This document shows, one piece after another, positions 53,602 through 64,000 of a DNA stretch of 64,000 nt. Source of the stretch: Octopus vulgaris (lineage: Eukaryota); assembly GCA_951406725.2 (NCBI GenBank), contig OX597814.1:213838001-213902000 (forward strand). The letters run 5' to 3'. Under the pieces are notes generated by a model. The model worked only from the letters and a program-made list of their open reading frames with translations, ran no database searches and was not told the DNA's origin. The position numbers and the translations under genes were made by a program. Position 1 is the stretch's first letter, and each line of letters opens with the position of its first letter.

Positions 53602-54010
53602 ACTTTTTATCGTCTACTTAGGAGGGATAGACAAGCGTTCAAAACTCTTTACAGAATCCTAAGACTGGCTGGAGGTGGAAGAAGGGGTCTGATCCAAATG
53701 CTTTCAACAGAATGGGCTCCATTGAAAGTACCCAGAGACCAGGAGGCCGTGTTAAACCGAGAGACATATTTAGCCGCCACTCGTGTAAATCACGACGAGT
53801 GCAAAGAAATACCACGAGGCATTTCACCTGACTCTCTGAGGGCACAGCTAATTGGCCACTATTGTCGTTGTGATTGTAATGTAAATTCAGGCCACCTGTG
53901 GTATACCAAACATACCTAGAGGAGTAAACCTCAATGATAAAAAATCCCAGCCTTGAATTACAGAAGGTTGGTATGCGGTTGATGTAAAACTTCGACAAAC
54001 TGATTCATAT

Positions 54011-54200
54011 AGGCGCAGGAGTAGCTGTGTGGTAAGTAGCTTGCTTACCAACCACATGGTTCCGGGTTCAGTCCCACTGCGTGGCACCTTGGGCAAGTGT
54101 CTTCTGCTATAGTCTCGGACCGACCAAAGCCTTGTGAGTGGATTTGGTAGACGGAAACTGAAAGAAGCCCGTCGTATATATGTATATATATATATATATG

Positions 54201-54256
<56 letters not shown>

Positions 54257-54475
54257 TGTGTGTGTTTGTGTGTCTGTGTTTGTCCCCCTAGCATTGCTTG
54301 ACAACCGATGCTGGTGTGTTTATGTCCCCGTTACTTAGCGGTTCGGCAAAAGAGACCAATAGAATAAGTACTGGGCTTACAAAACAATAAGTCTCGGGGT
54401 CGAGTTGCTCGATTAAATGCGATGCTCCAGCATGGCCGCAGTCAAATGACTGAAAGAAGTAAAAGAGTAAAGAGT
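54011..54475 (+). mobile_element. SINE family A, full length
   Basis: Matches the family consensus. Confidence 0.9.
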
Positions 54476-54961
54476 ATTGGATACACGCAATTTCTGTTTC
54501 ACCGAAGGAGATCCTGTTTCTACTAATGAAGAGTATGCAATGGGGAGTATGCAATCCCTGTCAGTATTAAGCTATTGAAAGGCCAAAGTAGGCCCAGATT
54601 GGAACTCGCCCATAATAATAATAAATAAATTACCAAAGTCAAGCAAATTACTGATTGCAAGACTAGGTGCAACGCGGAAAATAATTATTTCAGATATATC
54701 ATACCTCCGCGGATTATAGAACTATGCTACATACTCTAATATGCAGTGGCAAATCGTGTGGTGAGCAGTGTTGTACAATCTACTCTTTTTCTGCGCACCA
54801 CTATAGTCACGAGCAAAGTGGACTCAGTCAGACAGCGACAGTTGTACCTATCATTTGTGATGTACACCCCAGGCATAGTGCTTCAGATTAATGTAGCTAT
54901 TGATGATGTATGTCATTGATTTATTTTGATATATTATATGTAACTCTTAACCTTTTTTATT

Positions 54962-55197
54962 CCTATTTCTTTACTACCCACAAGGGGCTAAACACAGAGA
55001 GGACAAACAAGGACAAACAAACGGATTAAGTCGATTATATCGACACCAGTGCGTAACTGGTACTTAATTTATCAACCTCGAAACGATGAAAGGCAAAGTC
55101 GACCTTGGCGAAATTTGAACTCAGAACTTGCTGGCAGACGAAATAGGGCTACGCATTTCGCCCGGCGTGTTAACGTTTCTGCCAGCTCGCCGCCTTA
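54962..55197 (-). mobile_element. SINE family B, full length
   Basis: Matches the family consensus. Confidence 0.9.
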
Positions 55198-56079
55198 ACC
55201 TTTTGGTATACCGTGTCGTTGTTATATTATGTGGTTATGCATAGTATTGTATTGCATTTGATGTTTTCTAGTGATGCTGGTGCTTGGAAGCTGCTACTAC
55301 TTTGTTATTTTGAGCCATTTTTCTAAACACATGTATCTAGGTTGGAATAATTATACAGCTGTTTTTTGGTAAATAGAAAGATGTGAGTGCGACGCCATCT
55401 CCATATGAGATTGTGTATATATTTCAACGGTGGCTGGGAAAGTCCCGAAACAATACGTTGAAACGAGTGATTCTTGTAGCATCGGGAAATTGGAAATTCT
55501 GGAAGCGTTTTTGTACACTACATAGGCTTGAAATCCTGACAGATAATTTTCTAGCAATTTGTGTTTTTCTTAGGGAGTGGATTATTTATTGCTACTTAAA
55601 AACCTATGTATTATCTATGTTAGGCTTATGAGAATGTTATAGACGTAGTGGACAGAATTCTTGTGGGGATCTGGAGGAGATAATTCATGTAGAGCTTCTG
55701 TCTTAGAACTCGACCTGCAAAAATTAATAGCAAAAATGTCCTTCAAAGTTCATAGCGTCTCAATAAATGGTCAATGAATACGGTTCGTATAACTGTTTAA
55801 CTGTCCCCGTTCCTGTTATTTCATGAAAGCAATATATTTGTGCTAAAAAGTATTAATTTCACTTAACTGGTTGGCCTGGATTCTAACATACTATGCTCGA
55901 TTTTTCATTTTTATTATTGTACTTATTTTACTGGAACATTCTCCTTTTCTTTACAAAACGCCTTCTTTTACCATCCATGTCATGATTCAGTTCAGAACAA
56001 TACTTTTTGTTACCATCCCCATACAAGACAAAACATCTCCAGAATTGAGTCACCCCAGAGGGCACTCACTAAACGAATT

Positions 56080-56634
56080 GAAGGCATGGCTGCTCTCGAT
56101 TATTGGGATCGCCTTAAAGCCTTGAAACTTTACTCCCTCCAGCGTCGCCGTGAGCGGTACATCATTTGTACGATATGGAGAATATACCGCGGACTGCCCA
56201 AACGACCTGAACATTAGCTTCAAGGTTCACCCAAGACTGGGACCACGGGCCATACGTCCCCTGCCCAATTCAAGATCACAACATACATGTACACTGCAAC
56301 ATAATTTCTTTTCCTCAACAGGCCCTGCCCTATTTAACATTGTCCCGAGGGAGATCAAAGAGGAAAAGGATCCCATCAACTTTAAACGGAGTCTGGATAG
56401 ATTCCTTCAAAGAATACCAGATAAGCCACCCATAATTGGATACAACTCACCCAACAAGAACTCACTACTTGAACAAAACCTGATACAACTCACCCAACAA
56501 GAACTCACTACTTGAACAAAACTTGACTTAAACAGGATTCGAATAATCCTATCAGGTGGTGCTATTAAGTTAGACATGGCCTGGACCAATCTTTGGTCGA
56601 AACATATCTAAGTTATCTAAGTTATCTAAGTTAT
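56080..56634 (+). mobile_element. CR1-group LINE 3' fragment with (ATCTAAGTT)n tail
   Basis: LDYWDRLKALKLYSLQRRRERY...FSSTGPALFN..FKRSLDRFL; internal ~43-bp tandem duplication near 56440-56522. Confidence 0.85.
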
Positions 56635-57974
56635 AGCTGATATAATCGGATGTGCATACACATGTTTCTGTGTTAGAATTAATGGTGTATTATAACCACT
56701 CTGCTTTTCTTTCGCTTGGTTACTATTTTTCTAGATATTAACCATTCGGAAGCCTCCCTTGTCAATGCCTTAACAAACACTTTTAACTTCATTTTCAATT
56801 TTTGCTTTTGGATTATACTTTTTACCTTTCTTGACAGATTCTGGCTCTTTTCATAGTTTTCTGTCATTTCAACATCTATATTATTTTTATCAGAACTTGT
56901 TTTGTACATTCGCAACTTTTCCATTCTTCGAGAAGCATATTGTGTTCAGTTGCACTACGGCTCATGTCAAAATATTTTGTATTGTATTAAGTTATGGTGT
57001 TATAGTTTACTGTCTTTTATATCTCTTCATACTTAAGGTTTAGGATAGTTTTTCGTTAGCGATAAAACTTCAGAGAATGCTTCTGGCTCTTTCACTGGAT
57101 GGTTGAGTAGCTTTAAGTAGTCAGTGGTTCACTGTAGAATCCATTCGCTAGTGGTTCGTCCAATTGTCATTTTCAGTTATTTGTATTTTTTCAGTACCTT
57201 AGTTGTTTGTTAGTTAATATCTTCCCTGTGCATCACATGTTGCTTTTTGCCCGTACGTTTTATGGTTACCGCTCCAGAAGACTTTTACTTCCCTTTCTCT
57301 TGACATTTCATTTTTTTCCCTTTTCGTTTTTTCCCACGTTTGTTTCGTTTTGAAATCGTTTTGAGTAGTTACGAATTGTCTGTTTTGTTCGTAAAATTAT
57401 AGCCAAATTTTTGCAATGGTGGATTAAGACTCAGAGAGTATCTCGTCTTTCTCTTTATTTCCTTTTATTTATACATTTATTTGTCTTCTATTTATTTTTT
57501 ATTCATTTTTGTGCTTTCGTTATCTAAATAATGTCTGAGAGGCCTTTTCGTATATTTTCTATCGGTTACATTTTCTATCATGAAACCAGGAAGACTTTTT
57601 TTGTTTGTCCATAAGAATACGTAACAATCTTTACCTCTTTGCACTTTTAGATCATTTTCATATACAAAGTTTCCCACTTTAGGTGATTCTTTTCTTGTCG
57701 TTTTCTCATAGTGAATCGTATTTATATTTTCCTTAATATTATTCTAATTCGGACTTTTTCTGATAAATATTTTGTTGTGTACTGAAGTATATCTACGCTG
57801 TAACTTGTTTCTTTATCTGCTAAACTCGTGCTGCGGATAGCATATGTTTTCAATATTTATTGTTTAATAAGTTGTGTTCGTCGTTCATAGCTTGTTCGGT
57901 CCTTATCTATTCCTCTTATATTTTAAGTGTTCTTTTTTGTATTCCTTTTGTATTCTAGGTTTGTTACTCTCTCT

Positions 57975-58197
57975 CTCTCTCTTTTACTCTTTTACTTGTT
58001 TCAGTCATTTGACTGCGGTCATGCTGGAGCACCATCTTTAGTCGAGCAAATCGACCCCGGGACTTATTCTTTGTAAGCCCGGTACTTATTCTATCGGTCT
58101 CTTTTTGCCGAACCGCTAAGTGACGGGGACGTAAACACACCAGCATCGGTTGTCAAGCAATGCTAGGGGGACAAACACAGACTCACAAACACACACA

Positions 58198-58236
<39 letters not shown>
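57975..58236 (-). mobile_element. SINE family A tail half (head half at 61287-61502)
   Basis: Ends in its internal (TA)n; the complementary half resumes after the PLE. Confidence 0.9.
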
Positions 58237-58238
<2 letters not shown>

Positions 58239-59284
58239 CATTGAAACTGACATCCATTACAAACCCACTGACTCTAAACAATAACTTCTATTCACCTCCA
58301 ATCACCCAAAACACACAAAGACAAATATCCCCTTCAACCTAGCGAGAAGAATCTGCACTATTGTCTCAAATGACACAACACGAAATAGAAGACTCCGGGA
58401 ACTAAGGGCAATTCTTCTCGAAAGACATTACCCGGCATCACTAGTAGACAACGGAATAGAACGGGCCAAATCAATCAACATTCAAGACCTACGAAAACCC
58501 AAACACATCCACAGTACAGTAAATAGCCTCCCCTATCTCTCAACACACAACCAAAGGAATGCAGAAGCTTACACTATTATATACAACAACATTCCACAAC
58601 TAAATCAAGACCCACGCCTGAAAAAAATACTGGCAGCTCATAAAATAATAAAAAGTAAGAGACAACCTAAATCCCTAAAAAACCTCCTCACCAACGCAAA
58701 ATTACACAACACAAACCCACCGCCCACCATCAAAAAATGTGGTCGCCCCAACTGCAAGACCTGCATCCACCTCATTGAGGGATCGTCGTACAAGTTCCAC
58801 TCGGGACACACATTCATCATAAAAAATAATTTCACGTGCGCATCAAAAAATTTACTCTACGTCATAAGGTGTGAAGGATGCCACGAAGACTACATAGGGC
58901 AAACGAGCCTTACCCTCAGAGAAAGAATGACAGTTCACCGACAACAACTGAGGAACCCCTCCACAAGACAGATACCACTAAGTGGACACTTAGACCTTTG
59001 TGCACACAATAAGTCCCCCAAATTCTTAGTCTTCTCACTATACCAATGCTCGGACAACACCACAGACCAAACACGAATAAATAAGGAAAGTAATCTTATT
59101 CAAAAATACAGACCACAACTAAACATACTCTGACATACCCGCTGGACACACATCCAGAGCAAGCACACAGGGACACGCGCACACTCACAGCATATCGTGC
59201 GGGCGGTCACATGCGCGCATCGGCACGCATAGGACACACTAGCGGGCATTGACCGCACACATACGTAGCACGCACACGCATGCA

Positions 59285-59562
59285 TTATATATATGTAGGT
59301 TATGTATGTGTGTGAGTGTTGTGTGTGTGTGTGTGTGAGTGTGCACGTTGTATGTGTGTGTGCGCGTGTGTGTATATATATGTGTGTGTGTGTGTGCACT
59401 GTATGCGTGTGTGTGTATGTGTGTGTGTGTGCGCGCGTTGTGTGTGTGTGCACGTGTGTATATATGTGTGTGTGTGTGTGTGCACTGTGTGCGTGTGTGT
59501 GTGTATGTGTGTGTGTGTGTGAGCATTGTGTACGTGTGTATGTATTTACATGTATATTTGTT

Positions 59563-59595
<33 letters not shown>

Positions 59596-59788
59596 TGTGT
59601 GTGTATATGCACGGTATGTTTGTATATGTGAGTACATTGTTTGTGTGTGTGTGCGGTATGTAGAGATATATTTGAGTGTGTACGCTATAGGTTTGTATTT
59701 TGTGTGTGTGGGTGTGTGTGTGAATTTTATATATATATATGTGTGTATGTGTGTGAAAAAATATATATATGTGCATGTATGTATGTAT

Positions 59789-59836
<48 letters not shown>

Positions 59837-60640
59837 ATATATGTGTGTGTGTATGTGTGTGTGTGGATATATATTTGCATGTATATGTGTGTATAAACAT
59901 GTGCATTATTTGCATGCGCATTGTGTATATGTATATTGTATGTATGTGTATTGTATATGTATGTGTACAATTAAGTGTATATATGTGTGTGTATGTGTGC
60001 ATTGTATATATGTATATTGTAGGTGTGCTATATATACATGAATACATGTATATACGTTGCGTGTATATATATGTATGCATTGTGTATGTATGTTATGTGT
60101 GTGTGTGTCTATATATATTATATGTATGCGTACGTGTATGTGTATGCATTGTATGTATGTATATTGTGTATATATGTGGTATATCTATGTATGTGTATGT
60201 AAACACTATTTATATGTATATATGTATATATGTATATGCATTGTCTATATATATATATATTATATGTATGTATTGCGTATGTATATTGCATGCATATATT
60301 GTGTATGTGTATTATATACATGCTGTGTATGTGTATTGTATGTGTATATATATGCTAGGTGTATTTGTGTGATATTTATATTACGTATATATGTGTGCGT
60401 GTGTTGTGTGTGTGTGTGTGTTAGTGTGTGTGTGTGTTGTGTGTGTATGTGTTATATATGTGTGTATATTATATATAAATACATGTTATATTTGTGTGCT
60501 GTGTGTATATATTATATATGTGGGTGCGTTGTGTGTGTGTGTGTGTTCTGTGTGTGTATGTGTGTTGTGTGTATGTGGTGTGTGTTTGTATACTATGTGT
60601 GTGTGTGTTGTTGTTGTTGTGTGTGTGTATATATGTGTGT
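59285..60640. repeat. Cryptic TG/TA low-complexity mosaic
   Basis: Direct reading. Confidence 0.9.
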
Positions 60641-61202
60641 GACAAACAGACGCTGTCTGACCAGCAGGCACACGGACACATCTATTCACACCCGCATACT
60701 CACCTCCCAATAACCCCAAAATCACTGATGCTTGAAGGGGAAGTATAAACCAAACTGGGTACACATTTTTTTTTCTCTCAATTCAACTTTTCTGCTGAAA
60801 CAAACAGGTCAGTAAGAAACAAATTCTCGCCTTCGATTCAAAATATTCTGAGATGTCTAAAATATCCATTTTAATTTTCTCTGTCAATATTACAAGCTTT
60901 CTCACCACACTATTACACTTCCTTATGTCTTTAACATGTCCTTTCTACCAAAGACTGTATATATATACATGTAATGTGACAATTTGCGACAACCAATGAT
61001 TAACGCAACCAAATTTCCAATAATATATTTGTTTTATTCTTTTCTGCCAATTTTTACAAATATTCTCATCACACTATTGAACTTTTTTATACTATATTTA
61101 TACATGTAATGTGACAATTATGTATAAAAAAACATTTTTAATTCATAATATTCAATGTGACAATTATGTAAAAAACTTTTTTTGAACCCATAATATTCAA
61201 TG

Positions 61203-61247
61203 TTACTTTTGACAATCTTTTACCAAAGAGTGAAACCGGTTAAGTAA
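61203..61247 (+). ncRNA. Minimal hammerhead-like motif at PLE 3' end (degenerate core)
   Basis: TTACTT-TTGACAA-TCTTT tacc AAAGA gt-GAAA-CCG-GTT-AAGTAA: 6-bp stem I and palindromic ACCGGT. Confidence 0.6.
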
Positions 61248-61281
61248 ATAAACATCGTTTAAATTGCATTTTCAAACCTTT

Positions 61282-61286
<5 letters not shown>

Positions 61287-61344
<58 letters not shown>

Positions 61345-61502
61345 TACGACAGGCTTCTTTCAGTTTCCGTCTACCAAATCCACTCACAAGGCATTGGTCG
61401 GCCCGGGGCTATAGCAGAAGACAATTGCCCAAGATGCCACGCAGTGGGACTGAACCCGGAACCATGTGGCTGGTTAGCAAGCTACTTACTACTCCTGCGC
61501 CT
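61287..61502 (-). mobile_element. SINE family A head half
   Basis: (TA)n, then cgacaggcttctttcag...ctcctgcgcct. Confidence 0.9.
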
Positions 61503-61618
61503 TGTTATGTGTCCTCTTTTATTACTTTTGTGCCCCTGCGATAAGCCATCAGGACTAAACTAATAAAGGGTTCTTAATAAGGATTAAATGTAACTGGTCA
61601 TACTGTCAGAAGAAAAAA

Positions 61619-61985
61619 CGGATCTTTTCGGTTTGAACGGCAGTTTTTAACATAATTTCTAGGTAACTAAAAAATTTTAAACTTCGTATACTGGTATAAT
61701 GTGTTTATAAAATATCTTTTTCTCTTGGCTTTATTGAGAAAATTCTGTAGTTTGTAAGATATTTGTTGGTTTTTTTCTTCAATTTCTGCAATTTCAACCA
61801 ATCAATGACGTCCATTGAGGTAAAAAAAACATTCTGTGCCGTATGAATATGTCCCTTTTTAAGAAACAAATTGGGTTTATTTACATTTGTGAAATGCAAT
61901 AGATCTATACTCGGGTCATAATTATGGGTGACAATTTCATATGACACCGCTAAAAAAAAACTGCCGTTCAAACCGAAAAGATCCG
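61619..61985. mobile_element. 367-bp MITE with perfect ~29-bp TIRs
   Basis: cggatcttttcggtttgaacggcagtttt / aaaactgccgttcaaaccgaaaagatccg; A6 runs on both flanks. Confidence 0.9.
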
Positions 61986-62285
61986 AAAAAACTAATATTA
62001 GCCAATGAATAATATTTTTATTTCACCCTAAATGTACACTGCTTTAGCTACTTTCTTTAATATTCCAGTCTAGTTAGTGTTTCTCCTAAGTAAATACTAG
62101 TCCATCATAACTTTCATCCTACTAGGCTCAGTAAAATCAGCGCCAATAATAGACTCATTTAATTAACCTAGCTATGGTGCCTAGACTACAAGGGGTTATC
62201 TTGCGAAACGTCACTTTTCATGTAAGAACGGCTGCTTTGCAAATCTTTTCTTTTCATTCAAGAAATTAATTATTTCTTGATAATC

Positions 62286-62694
62286 TTTTACTCTTTTACT
62301 CTTTTACTTGTTTCAGTCATTTGACTGCGGCCATGCTGGAGCACCGCCTTTAATTGAGCAACTCGACCCCGGGACTTATTCTTTTGTAAGCCCAGTACTT
62401 ATCCTATCGGTCTCTTTTGCCGAACCGCTAAGTAACGAGACATAAACACACCAGCATCGGTTGTCAAGCAATGCTAGAGGGGGAGGGACAAACACAGACA
62501 CACAAACACATTTATATATATACATATATACGACGGGCTTCTTTCAGTTTCCGTCTACCAAATCCACTCACAAGGCTTTGGTCGGCCCGAGGCTATAGTA
62601 GAAGACACTTGCCCAAGGTGCCACGCAGTGGGACTGAACCCGGAACCATGTGGTTGCTAAACAAGCTACTTACCACACAGCCACTCCTGCGCCT
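62286..62694 (-). mobile_element. SINE family A, full length
   Basis: Matches the family consensus. Confidence 0.9.
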
Positions 62695-62911
62695 ATGATA
62701 AGTAACCTTTCTTATTTTCTTCCATTTATTGGTAAAATAAATTATTTATATTCTGACCTATTCCAAAAATGATCGAAACAAAAATAAACTGGTTTTATAT
62801 ATTTTACTCTCCTTTTATAGTTTATCTTTTGTTTACTTATTCCGTTACACGTGCTGTCTACCTCTCCGCATCACCCTCTCTCTTTTTCATGCGCGTGACT
62901 ATTCACTCTAC

Positions 62912-62947
<36 letters not shown>

Positions 62948-63300
62948 CAACTATTAATTTTTATATCTCACTATCTATGTGTCTATCTCTTTTCTTTCCT
63001 ATCTATTTTCTTATCTCTCTGTATGTTAGTACGTACGTATATATGTATACGTATCATGTTTGAAAGTATGTATATACGTATGTATGTTGTATGTACGTAT
63101 GTCTATATACATAGTTCTCTGCATATTTATCGATATATACATGCAGCTGTGTATGTTATCTCTTCTGTTTATTTTTCACGTCGTTTATTCGTTTTATAAT
63201 CGTTCTGAGAGGAGATGAATTGTTTGTTTGTTCAGAAACTCATTGTCGCTCTTTCGCACGAGCGGATTATTTGAGATTTAGCAAGAGTTTTTTCTATGCG

Positions 63301-63950
<650 letters not shown>

Positions 63951-64000
63951 AATATTAATTTATAAACAAGTGAACAAAATTTCGAAATTACAAGTAAGTG

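Larger units (their letters stand above)
58237..61286 (+). mobile_element. 5'-truncated Penelope-like (Neptune-type) element: RT thumb, Zn linker, GIY-YIG, long 3' region
   Basis: One frame over 58237-59133 with a single stop: ETDIHYKPTD, SNHP, IPFNLARRI, RQPKSL, CGRPNCKTC, LLYVIRCEGC..YIGQT..LRERM..H, LN. Confidence 0.92.

Noticed and set aside
53598-53998. Overlapping ORFs in a GC-richer island
   Set aside because: Only a faint VK.L.V.L LINE-like similarity; not classifiable.
28504-62698. Recurrent ORFs such as MLGGQTQTH...RLPNPLTRLWSARGYSRRHLPK
   Set aside because: These are antisense readings of SINE family A, not a gene family.

Overview
AT-rich, repeat-saturated animal genomic DNA. 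The SINE/LINE repertoire and microsatellite load suggest an octopus (coleoid cephalopod); this is inferred, not database-checked. No prokaryotic features are present. The one recognisable host coding sequence is a 99-bp + strand exon (37362-37460) encoding the hormone-binding domain core of a secretin-family (class B1) GPCR, so much of the window is probably intronic. The rest is transposable elements: two abundant tRNA-derived SINE families, several R4/Dong-type RLE LINEs in (TAA)n and (CATA)n arrays, Penelope-like elements with minimal hammerhead-ribozyme-like motifs in (TA)n arrays, RTE/BovB, CR1-type and L1/Tx1 fragments, a gypsy RT-RNaseH remnant, mariner/maT relics, a Helitron, a Helentron-like end and a MITE. 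The most notable signals are: variant-core minimal hammerheads, one of them inside a near-perfect 247-bp palindrome; microsatellite-partitioned targeting by different retroelements; internally deleted non-autonomous LINE derivatives; and a locally templated insertion. Nearly all ORFs in the supplied track are microsatellite or TE artefacts.
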